Virus record (IMG/VR): IMGVR_UViG_3300011008_000016
Span: 96,001-160,000 of that record
DNA from: a virus
Taxonomy: Duplodnaviria > Caudoviricetes
Direction: 5' to 3' (one strand)
Length of the DNA stretch: 64,000 nucleotides
This document shows, piece after piece, positions 9,123 through 17,567 of the stretch (position 1 is the stretch's first letter; the number at the start of each line of letters is the position of its first letter). The position numbers and the translations under genes were made by a program. The notes under the pieces are model-generated. The model was given only the letters and a program-made list of their open reading frames with translations. It made no database searches and was not told the DNA's origin.

Positions 9123-10006
9123 TAGTAATCCTCCAGTACTTTTACCCCATACTTCTTTCCAACTTCGCAAAATGCTTTGTAATTGTTATCGTTGTTGTAG
9201 AATGTCCTTGGGATTGCAAAGAATACCTTACGAAATCTATAGGCAAACTTAAACCGACTATCGGTCAAAGTTAGACTATGGAAAAATGAATCGGCTACAT
9301 CCATCGGATCATTTTTAAACACTCCGCAACCAAATGCTCCGAGAATCAAATCCCAGAAATCATAGAGAGATGCTACATTTAATAATGCGACAATTCGCCA
9401 TACCAGCTCGTCAATGTATAGTTCATCACATGAATCGTGACCATTACGTATATAAGCCCCAAGATTTGGAGCAGCCATCGTAATAACTCCAGCCTTTGTA
9501 GTGTCATCGACTTTGTTCTCATCAAGGGTTCTATCTATAAATGTTATCTTGGTAGATATAATGGCATCCGAGCCGTATAAACCATGACTTAACATATTCT
9601 TATGAGGGATATAGAATTCGTCTTTCATAGTATTTAATGAATATATCAGTGTACTATGATGACAAAGAGCCTCTTCTTGGGCAGATGAACCACTATAAAA
9701 CATTCCGCCCGGATGTTTATATGATGCAAAATTCAAAACCCCGACGGGAACATCTTCCGGTTCATTTTTCTTATGTTTAAATAAACAGGACACCGTATCC
9801 GTTGGAACAATATAAATTTCCGCAGGTTTCGCAAAAGTAGTATAAGAATCATCGTCTGGTACTTTTAAAGTTATATTTTCTGAAACGTAGTAAGTATGGT
9901 CTATAGATTCTTTAATTTCGTCAACATAATTGTCCGTGAGATGATTTATCCATTGTTGGGCAAGTACTTGACGATCGTTTTTTGTAAAGCGTGACAAATT
10001 AATCAT
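9122..10006 (-). CDS. TIGR02452/DUF2263 bacterial-type poly(ADP-ribose) glycohydrolase (macrodomain)
   Basis: LNFASYKHPGG...AQEEALC and LILGAFGCGVFKNDP signatures. Confidence 0.88.
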   Translation of the reverse strand: MINLSRFTKNDRQVLAQQWINHLTDNYVDEIKESIDHTYYVSENITLKVPDDDSYTTFAKPAEIYIVPTDTVSCLFKHKKNEPEDVPVGVLNFASYKHPGGMFYSGSSAQEEALCHHSTLIYSLNTMKDEFYIPHKNMLSHGLYGSDAIISTKITFIDRTLDENKVDDTTKAGVITMAAPNLGAYIRNGHDSCDELYIDELVWRIVALLNVASLYDFWDLILGAFGCGVFKNDPMDVADSFFHSLTLTDSRFKFAYRFRKVFFAIPRTFYNNDNNYKAFCEVGKKYGVKVLEDY

Positions 10007-10514
10007 ATATAATTTCTCCCTTTGAATTGATAATGTTCATTACGGGTTTCTTTTTAAAATCGGCATAGGATATACAGTGAAATGTTCCACCCTTCTTCTC
10101 ACCATTCCATACAGCAATAACTTCATCAGAATGATTTACCATATACCGATTACGTTCTTCTAAACATCCTGGAACGTAATCAGAATCGGTTACATAAACT
10201 ACTTCATCTGCCCGTTCCAAAATATTATTGAACCTCCAGATGTCTTCATCGTCGAACCAAGGTTCTGTCAAATTATGACAAGGAACTGCACAATGAAGTT
10301 GTATTTTGTATCCTTTCTTATCCCGTAAGTCTAATACGGCTAATGCAAATACGGTGTCAACTCCGAGAGCCATACCCGTGATAGCCGTTGTACATTCTTT
10401 TTCAACCAGTATTCGTTGAAATACGTCATGTAATTCTACCCACCTGGGATTTCCAAGGTCATAACCATATAGTTTCTTTGGTCTATGACCAGTAACACAA
10501 ATGGTCTTTGCCAT
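9999..10514 (-). CDS. YspA-like SLOG-family protein
   Basis: ICVTGHRP, GMALGVD, RNRYMVNHSDEVIAVWNG, GGT motifs. Confidence 0.88.
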   Translation of the reverse strand: MAKTICVTGHRPKKLYGYDLGNPRWVELHDVFQRILVEKECTTAITGMALGVDTVFALAVLDLRDKKGYKIQLHCAVPCHNLTEPWFDDEDIWRFNNILERADEVVYVTDSDYVPGCLEERNRYMVNHSDEVIAVWNGEKKGGTFHCISYADFKKKPVMNIINSKGEIIYD

Positions 10515-10551
10515 TAATTTTTCCTCCCGTTCTATTTATTTGATAAGAGAA

Positions 10552-10559
10552 TAATATAG
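10552..10559 (-). promoter_or_regulatory. Early-type promoter motif CTATATTA
   Basis: Recurs upstream of about 10 - strand genes; resembles the phiKZ/AR9 early TATATTA element. Confidence 0.6.
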
Positions 10560-10562
10560 TTT

Positions 10563-11126
10563 TCAGAATGCATATAACGAAATAAATACATCTAATGGAT
10601 GTTTATTTTTACGGAAATTCATAGCTACCATAAAAGCGTATGAATCTCCTTTCTTTTCAAATAAGCATACCTTCTCCATCTCTTTCTCACTCCATTCATT
10701 ATAGAATTCAGGAGTTATCTTTAATCCATACTCTGCATAAACGTCATCGGATTGTATCTGAAATTCCTCAGTATCTACATCTAATAGAAAAGCTCGTCTT
10801 TTTCGTACAGCATTCGTACTCTCTGATAAATAAGATGGAAAATAATCTTTAATAGTAGTGGTTTTATTCCAATGAGCAAAAAATACAGCAGCCAATTTTC
10901 CAGTATCTATAGAATATACAGGTACGAGACCAAATAGCCCCTGATTGTATTCTTTTGATACATCATTTTCGTACAGTATTACATGGTCTTGCGGACCATA
11001 CAAAAATTTATCACCAAATGTAAATAAATTTTCAGTTGGTGATTTTTCTTTTATATCGTTAATTGTCTCATATATCATTACGTCAATACGGTATCTTATC
11101 GGTCCCGTTCTGGGCCATCTATCCAT
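10563..11126 (-). CDS. Hypothetical protein
   Basis: 187 aa ORF, SD AAGGAGG, GACA-N6-TA at 11153-11164. Confidence 0.7.
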   Translation of the reverse strand: MDRWPRTGPIRYRIDVMIYETINDIKEKSPTENLFTFGDKFLYGPQDHVILYENDVSKEYNQGLFGLVPVYSIDTGKLAAVFFAHWNKTTTIKDYFPSYLSESTNAVRKRRAFLLDVDTEEFQIQSDDVYAEYGLKITPEFYNEWSEKEMEKVCLFEKKGDSYAFMVAMNFRKNKHPLDVFISLYAF

Positions 11127-11248
11127 GTTATTATCCTCCTTAGGTATAAATTTATTAGTCTGTCAAAATAAGTACAAAAAATAAAAGTAAGGTATCCCAG
11201 TCATTTTCTGGGATACCTTTTCATCATTCGTATAAAAAGTCTGTCGAG

Positions 11249-11572
11249 TCAATTTTGAGCACAGTGTTTGGCAATGTAATTGAAACTGGCATCAGAGCAC
11301 GATGTCATCATTGTCGCATTGTCAGTTTGGTAGAATATATGAAATTCACCATTTCTCAGATTTACAAATACGAGATTGTCACCTCTTCCAACGTAGGTTG
11401 AAACTGGGTTAGGATAAGATTCATTCATTGCCTGTTCCATAGCATGATAAATACCATCAGCTAAGCAAGAAGACCTATTTGCTATCTCTTTAATGATAGA
11501 ACCCATAGTGTTTTCATCTACGTGCTCGGTAACTTCAGCGTATAAGTGTTTTTCGATAGATGGTTCATTCAT
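11249..11572 (-). CDS. Hypothetical protein
   Basis: 107 aa ORF, SD GGGAGG, terminator downstream. Confidence 0.7.
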   Translation of the reverse strand: MNEPSIEKHLYAEVTEHVDENTMGSIIKEIANRSSCLADGIYHAMEQAMNESYPNPVSTYVGRGDNLVFVNLRNGEFHIFYQTDNATMMTSCSDASFNYIAKHCAQN

Positions 11573-11638
11573 CGTATCACACCTCCCTTTCTACCTTAAC
11601 TTTAGATAGATAAAGATAATCTAAAGTCTTGATAAATT

Positions 11639-13699
11639 TTAATACTTCAAATTCAACTTAACTTTATCATATGTGCGGTTAAGTTGATTTCGAATCCTCA
11701 TAAGCTCGTATTTCTTCTGCTTATTGTCATCACCTCTGCTGTCTTCAATTTTCTCGTTGACGATCTGGATTTCATCCTCTAATTCTTTAAGGATTTTTTG
11801 TCTTTCATTTGTGTCCAGATATTTATCGGTAGCAATATAAGCAATGAACGCAATTCCTGCAAGAATTGCAGCAGGAGTAAATACTGTTCCAACAGCGGAC
11901 ATAGCACCTAACCCAATACCACGTTTAATCCAACGCAGAATCTTAGGATAAGCCCATCCGCCTTTCAATATAATGTTCCTACGTTCATTAGCATCTGCTT
12001 GTTTGACTTTTTCAATCTGTTGATTGAAAAACTTTTCCATAGGATCAACGGTTCTTTTGACTGCCTGTCCTACTCCTTCCGTTTTATCCTTTGTAGCAGA
12101 CTTAGCGAATGCCTGATTCGCTTTACTTTCAGCCCGACGAGCCATTTTACCAGTTTTAGAACCACCGGATTCAGACTTTTTGTTGTTGTTCAGATGCTCA
12201 ACTGTTTTATATCCTGCGTATGCACCAACTGCGGTTGCTACCGCATTTATTGCAGGGTTTTCCAATACTGGATCACTGATATCTGTTTCCATAATGAGTA
12301 CAGAACCATCATCGGATTCCTCTACATAATAGTTTTCATTTATAATAGAAGAAACTCTTGCAAATTGAAGCATTGCTTCATTAATTTCTTCATCAGAATC
12401 TGCATCCCAAATATCAGAAAGAACCGTACCAACCCTTCTCGATGCTACAGGGAATGGTGTTAATTCTCCTATTCCTCTTTGGTTTGGACAAAATCCAGTT
12501 TCAGCAGTTGAGGGTGCACATACGGCTGGACCACCAGCGGTTGCCTCTTCTTTCACCTCTTCATAAGCGGAATCCATCACTTCTGCAAATAATTGGTCTA
12601 AATGTTGAAGATTTTCAAGCATCTCCTGGTTGTCTCCACATCTTTTTTGAACAAATTCAAGAACGGCTCCAGTAGTTGCAAGTAAAGGAACATCTTTAAA
12701 GCTTTCATGTGTAAATTCGTATTTCGCTGTATTCTTATAGCAGTTCAAGAACTGTAGCACGGATGTCTTGTCGCAAGTATCTGTTACAATACAAATGACT
12801 CCATGTAACAATCCGTCTCCAGATAACATATCCTGACCGACAATGTTTTCAAACGTTGCAAATAAATCAAGTCCATTATCTTCTGAACTAACAACAGATT
12901 CCATTGTAGGAATTCCTGTAGAAGATTGGTATGTATAATCGGATGGTGCAAGTTCGCCAATCCAAGCAAGCTTTGCCTCCATCGCCATATAGTTTGTTTT
13001 ACCATCTTCTACGTTGCCCAACCTGTTGTTGACTGACTCTAATATAGAGCAGTATGCTTTCAGTTCAGGATTGATATCTGACTGATGTTCCAAGACACCC
13101 TGATTTGCAAGACCAATAAAATCATTCATAGATTCAGAAACTGGAACCATCTTAGCTAGTTTATGAATATCATGAACTCCTTTTCTGGCACAAATCTCAT
13201 TGGTTATTCTATCATACGCTTTTGCCTTTTCAGTTGCGTTGCTTCCATATAAACGATAACCTATACGATCATATTGATTTTGTAATGCGGTTTTTAATAT
13301 TTCGGCAGGCATGACTGTAACAGCATATAGAATTACAGCAATGATTAACGTAAACGTTGTCGTAAGAGTAACTCCTCCCACAATTAACAATCCATCAATT
13401 GTGAGTAAAACTTCGGTAATGTCCTTTCCTCCTTCAGCTAAGAAGTTTAAGACAGCATCACCAAACTTTCTGATGTATTCGTCTCCACTTTCAGCAAAGA
13501 TGGTGGCTTCTCTTTCTATCTCAGCTTTAGGTTTAACGTATTGGCTTCCATCTCCTTTGGATTCCAATATTGACAAAAAGTCTTTATTTTCCAAAAGAAT
13601 GGGAAGCATTTGATGTCTATAGGTGCTTTCCAGAGTTCTGTACTCTTCCATAGTACAGTCTGAAAAACGTATTTTACGTTCTAAATTTGATATAGACAT
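11639..13699 (-). CDS. Putative internal head/virion protein with hydrophobic hairpins
   Basis: Many x-(L/M)-E motifs (ILES, AMEA, TMES, IMET, VLEN) like phiKZ-type prohead-protease sites; two hydrophobic segments; late promoter at 13741-13752; start moved to the ATG after AAGGAGG. Confidence 0.65.
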   Translation of the reverse strand: MSISNLERKIRFSDCTMEEYRTLESTYRHQMLPILLENKDFLSILESKGDGSQYVKPKAEIEREATIFAESGDEYIRKFGDAVLNFLAEGGKDITEVLLTIDGLLIVGGVTLTTTFTLIIAVILYAVTVMPAEILKTALQNQYDRIGYRLYGSNATEKAKAYDRITNEICARKGVHDIHKLAKMVPVSESMNDFIGLANQGVLEHQSDINPELKAYCSILESVNNRLGNVEDGKTNYMAMEAKLAWIGELAPSDYTYQSSTGIPTMESVVSSEDNGLDLFATFENIVGQDMLSGDGLLHGVICIVTDTCDKTSVLQFLNCYKNTAKYEFTHESFKDVPLLATTGAVLEFVQKRCGDNQEMLENLQHLDQLFAEVMDSAYEEVKEEATAGGPAVCAPSTAETGFCPNQRGIGELTPFPVASRRVGTVLSDIWDADSDEEINEAMLQFARVSSIINENYYVEESDDGSVLIMETDISDPVLENPAINAVATAVGAYAGYKTVEHLNNNKKSESGGSKTGKMARRAESKANQAFAKSATKDKTEGVGQAVKRTVDPMEKFFNQQIEKVKQADANERRNIILKGGWAYPKILRWIKRGIGLGAMSAVGTVFTPAAILAGIAFIAYIATDKYLDTNERQKILKELEDEIQIVNEKIEDSRGDDNKQKKYELMRIRNQLNRTYDKVKLNLKY

Positions 13700-13740
13700 T
13701 TCTATTATCCTCCTTCTTAAAATATTCAATCTCAATAGAT

Positions 13741-13824
13741 TAGATATTTGTTCCCTATACCACTATTTATCGCTCTTATATAATCCACCACGGTCTATAA
13801 ATACTTTTTACAAACATCAATATA
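13741..13824. promoter_or_regulatory. Divergent pair of late-type promoters
   Basis: AACA AATATC TA on - (13752-13741) and AACA TCAATA TA on + (13813-13824). Confidence 0.55.
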
Positions 13825-13895
13825 ATTGCAGAATGTGCATCGAAATCAGTTACATGACCTTTTGTAAAATATCTTAGGAAAGGAGGTACTCTTGG

Positions 13896-14429
13896 ATGGC
13901 ATATTCAGAGGAGAAAGATCTAATTCAGAATATGAAAGATCTTGAAGGTCGTATCAACTCTGCTATGAATGAGGTTGACAGTATACGACCGGATATCGAA
14001 ATGATACGATCCATCAAATCTGATCTCGAAAGCCTTTCTGATGCAACAATTGCTGTTGTTAATCAGTATGAGACTACCTTGAGAGATAAAGATGAAGAGT
14101 ATGCTGATTTACTCATCAGATGTAAATCACAATTCAGACAAGTAACAGATGATGTTGAATCCCTTGTCAGTTTGGAAGTGAATTTCACCGACATTAAAGA
14201 TAAGATATTACTGTGCCTTGAGCTCAGTGAGCATATATCGAATTTAGTTAAGGGTCCATTTGTATTAATGAAACCCAATAACTACATTCAGGTAGATGAT
14301 AGGATTCCATATAAACACTATTTAAAGGTTATCGATGCAATTGACATCGATGGCTCTGGAGGTGGGGTTCCTGCCTCTGGTCGTTACATTGTTAGTCCAA
14401 CTCTTGGAATCAGCTATGATGCCAAGTAG
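13896..14429 (+). CDS. Coiled-coil hypothetical virion protein
   Basis: SD AAGGAGG; heptad pattern; first gene of the + strand operon. Confidence 0.7.
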   Translation: MAYSEEKDLIQNMKDLEGRINSAMNEVDSIRPDIEMIRSIKSDLESLSDATIAVVNQYETTLRDKDEEYADLLIRCKSQFRQVTDDVESLVSLEVNFTDIKDKILLCLELSEHISNLVKGPFVLMKPNNYIQVDDRIPYKHYLKVIDAIDIDGSGGGVPASGRYIVSPTLGISYDAK

Positions 14430-14476
14430 TTTGTACTATAAATAAACTAAATTCTTTTTAAGGAAGGAGAACTACT

Positions 14477-15646
14477 ATGAGTGATCTTAATCAGGTAAGG
14501 ATTCAGGTCCTTGACGCAGAAACAGGTACAGTCATCGATAACGTTGATGTGAAGACATCTGACGGTGCTGTCTATCTTCCTGACGGAAGTACCCTTCGTA
14601 GCTGGATTGCCCAGAATGAAGAGGCGTTTTCCGAGTTTCAGCAGAAGGTAACTGCGCACCTTGCAAAGCAGCACGTTGATCCGGCTAAGGTCGATTCCCT
14701 GTTCACGGGTCTGGCTTATAACGGAAATACGGGCGTATTTACAATTACTAAGCACAACGGCGAAACCGAGGAGATTGACACCCTTCTGGAGAAGGTGACG
14801 GTCAACTTTACTCTGGTTGATGGAACCTATGATGCTGTTTCCAATCCGACTGGTGATCCGAGTGCTCAGGACTACTTCGAGGAGAGTGCTGGCTCTTACG
14901 TGGCAACCGAGGATACCGAGGTTCAGGCTGGTAAGACCTACTATGTTGACAATACTGCTCGCGAGTATCTTGCTCTGACGGCTCAGGATGGCACGGTTCA
15001 GAAGCTGGATGTCACGAAGCTGGTTGATGTCTACAAGGGCAGCAATGCAAACGGCATTACCGTTGCGGTTGCGGCTGACAAGACTATCTCTGCTTCTATC
15101 AATGACGATTCTATCAGCTATACGAAGCTTGATGCTGAACTGAAGGCTAAGGTTGATGCTGAGTACAGCCTGCCTGCGGCTACTACGAGTGAGCTTGGTG
15201 GCGTTATCGTTGGTAACGGTCTGGCTGTTGCGAACGATGGAACTATCTCTGCAAACAACATTACTTACGGCGGAAATGCGGTTTCTATGGCTCTGTCTGA
15301 GACTGAGAATACGGTTGTTACTTCTGTTTCCGGTCCTGCTGATGCTGTTGTTACCACGACTGTTGACACGGCGGTTGCTCCTCTGGTTGTTTCCGCTACG
15401 TTCAGCGGAGCTCAGTCTGCGAATGCTTCTGCTACCTATCAGTGGTATAAGAAGACCATCGGCACTGATGTTGCGTTCAGCGCTATTTCTGGTGCTACTG
15501 GTGCAACTCTGGCTGCGGCTAACATCGACGTTACTACCGAGGGAAGCACGATTTACTACTGCGTAGTTGGTGCTACCGGCACTGATGTCGTTGCTGATCC
15601 TGTAACTTCTAAGAGGGTTACGGTTGTTGTAAACGCAGCGGCTTAA
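14477..15646 (+). CDS. Head fibre/decoration protein with C-terminal Ig-like domain
   Basis: LPAATTSELGGVIVG fibre repeat; TYQWYK...ISGATGATL...YYCVV Ig-like pattern; strongly biased codons. Confidence 0.75.
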   Translation: MSDLNQVRIQVLDAETGTVIDNVDVKTSDGAVYLPDGSTLRSWIAQNEEAFSEFQQKVTAHLAKQHVDPAKVDSLFTGLAYNGNTGVFTITKHNGETEEIDTLLEKVTVNFTLVDGTYDAVSNPTGDPSAQDYFEESAGSYVATEDTEVQAGKTYYVDNTAREYLALTAQDGTVQKLDVTKLVDVYKGSNANGITVAVAADKTISASINDDSISYTKLDAELKAKVDAEYSLPAATTSELGGVIVGNGLAVANDGTISANNITYGGNAVSMALSETENTVVTSVSGPADAVVTTTVDTAVAPLVVSATFSGAQSANASATYQWYKKTIGTDVAFSAISGATGATLAAANIDVTTEGSTIYYCVVGATGTDVVADPVTSKRVTVVVNAAA

Positions 15647-15750
15647 AGCTTAATGCTTTAATAACATACGACGAAACTGGTATGGGAGGTCGCAATTTTA
15701 TTGTGATCTCCCATACTTTCAATCAAAAATAAGCAAAAGGAGGCGGTATT

Positions 15751-16191
15751 ATGCCTAATTTATACAAAGTGCAGCACGAAGATTCTGCGGGCAATATAAT
15801 CCTTTATGCCTCTTCAGCGGAAATTACTGCGTTTGATTCATCAAAATGCACTAATTTGGATGCTAATAACTCGCAGGATGCTATCGTTGCTATAAATCAA
15901 AAGGCTGAGGGTAAGGCCAAGATGCTGACCTTCACTACAATCATTCGTGCCTCAGCCTTTGAAGGTGTTACTGCACCTTATACACAAAGTATCGATGTTA
16001 CCGGGATTCTTGCTACAGATACACCTGATGTTGGTGTTAGACTATCGTCTGATATCACAGAGGCATTGGCTCAGCAGGAATCATTCGGTAGCGTGACTAA
16101 GATAGAAACCGGTAACGGTAAAATTACCGTATACTGTTACGAAGATAAACCCAAAGTGGATATTCCTGTACAAATGAGAGTATTCCGTTGA
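15751..16191 (+). CDS. Putative fibre-associated structural protein
   Basis: APYTQSIDVTGILATDTP motif common in phage fibre C-termini. Confidence 0.65.
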   Translation: MPNLYKVQHEDSAGNIILYASSAEITAFDSSKCTNLDANNSQDAIVAINQKAEGKAKMLTFTTIIRASAFEGVTAPYTQSIDVTGILATDTPDVGVRLSSDITEALAQQESFGSVTKIETGNGKITVYCYEDKPKVDIPVQMRVFR

Positions 16192-16224
16192 GGGTTGTGT
16201 GACACATTGACTGGGAAAACATTG

Positions 16225-16269
16225 AAAGAACCATAAGGTGGATTTTTATATCCACCTTATGGTTCTTTT
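16225..16269. terminator. Bidirectional terminator between convergent genes
   Basis: AAAGAACCATAAGGTGGAT / ATCCACCTTATGGTTCTTT arms. Confidence 0.8.
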
Positions 16270-16353
16270 CTGAATGAAAATAAATAAGAGTCGGATACCT
16301 TCGCATCCAACTCTTATAACTTTCGTTGTATTTTGTAGTAGCCTGTATGTAGA

Positions 16354-16929
16354 TTACTTCAGCCAAGTAAAGGCATAGCCGCACAGTACTTCCTGCTTGC
16401 TGCTGAGGAGATCGGTGATAGAGAACTTTCCAGTCATATCATTTGCGATAACCAAACCGACCTTAACGGACGGCTCCTTAACAACCGGTGTAACCTTTGC
16501 CGCAAAGATGTAATCAGTACCCTTTGTAACCTGCGTTCCGAGCAGAGCAACAGGCTCGACATTAGCACCAACAAAGCCTTCCTTAGCAGTTTCGAATGCA
16601 GCCTTCACATCTTCCGGAATGTCTGTCGTTGTATTAATGGCAACGCCGCCAAGCTCTCCGCCGCCCAACACAACACGCTCGATGTTCACCAATGTGCAAT
16701 CCATACCCTTTTCATTGAAGATAATAACGACCACGTTCTTCGTGTCTTTACCGGTCGTGATAAGCTGCTCCGCCAGCACCGCATGATTCGTTCCGTTTAC
16801 CACCTGCGAACCCAGATACAGAATAGGAGTATACTCCGCCCCAATGAGCGTGTCAGCCAACTTCCCGACAGCCGTCGCAACCTTCTCTGGCATATTCTTT
16901 GAAATCTTGATGTCCCAACTTCCTAACAT
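16354..16929 (-). CDS. Tandem two-domain cystatin-like protein
   Basis: GSW...LGSQVVNGTNH and GGV...LGTQVTKGTDY repeats (QxVxG-like); start at the ATG after AAGGAGG; promoter at 16981-16992. Confidence 0.6.
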   Translation of the reverse strand: MLGSWDIKISKNMPEKVATAVGKLADTLIGAEYTPILYLGSQVVNGTNHAVLAEQLITTGKDTKNVVVIIFNEKGMDCTLVNIERVVLGGGELGGVAINTTTDIPEDVKAAFETAKEGFVGANVEPVALLGTQVTKGTDYIFAAKVTPVVKEPSVKVGLVIANDMTGKFSITDLLSSKQEVLCGYAFTWLK

Positions 16930-16977
16930 AATTTTTATCCTCCTTTTGGATTTCATTTATTCAAGGGAACTATTTCC

Positions 16978-16995
16978 CTCTAAAAATATGTTATG
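16978..16995 (-). promoter_or_regulatory. Late-type promoter, 18 bp identical to 61183-61200
   Basis: CATAACATATTTTTAGAG contains AACA TATTTT TA. Confidence 0.65.
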
Positions 16996-17080
16996 CCTGA
17001 TTCAAAATCTAAATTTATACAAAAAATAAATCAGAAATCGGGATTGGACATTTTTCACATCCAATCCCGACACATATATA

Positions 17081-17536
17081 TTATTTGTATTCCTTATATT
17101 CAATGGAACCTTCCACCTCGGTAGCTTTGCCGTTCGTCAATGTGTGGTAAACCAGATTCCCATCCAATCGAATTGAAGTATCACCTATCGTAATAATAAG
17201 TTCGTTTTCCTTTACCTTATCCATAGAAACACTTGCAATTACCTTGTGTTCATGACTAACGATCTTATCTTTCTCTCCTTTTGGATAGTTGATGTGTTGA
17301 CCACAGTTGTGACAGTAGAACGGTTTCTTCTCGAAGTGATGTCCACATCTCGGACAAGCATATCCTTCGTAAGATTTTGGAACAATTGCTTTGATAGTAA
17401 TCTGCCGTTCGATTGCGGATTTAGCGACCTCCAATGATTCTCTTTCTTTGACAGACCCCTTAGCAGTTCCAGATTTGAGTTTGTTTAACCTTGTACGTAC
17501 AAACTCCAGCGCGTTTTCATAAATCTTCTGTTTCAT
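17081..17536 (-). CDS. Zinc-ribbon protein
   Basis: CPRCG...YCHNCGQ. Confidence 0.75.
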   Translation of the reverse strand: MKQKIYENALEFVRTRLNKLKSGTAKGSVKERESLEVAKSAIERQITIKAIVPKSYEGYACPRCGHHFEKKPFYCHNCGQHINYPKGEKDKIVSHEHKVIASVSMDKVKENELIITIGDTSIRLDGNLVYHTLTNGKATEVEGSIEYKEYK

Positions 17537-17567
17537 AACGACATAAATTCCTCCTTTCGTGTCGCCT

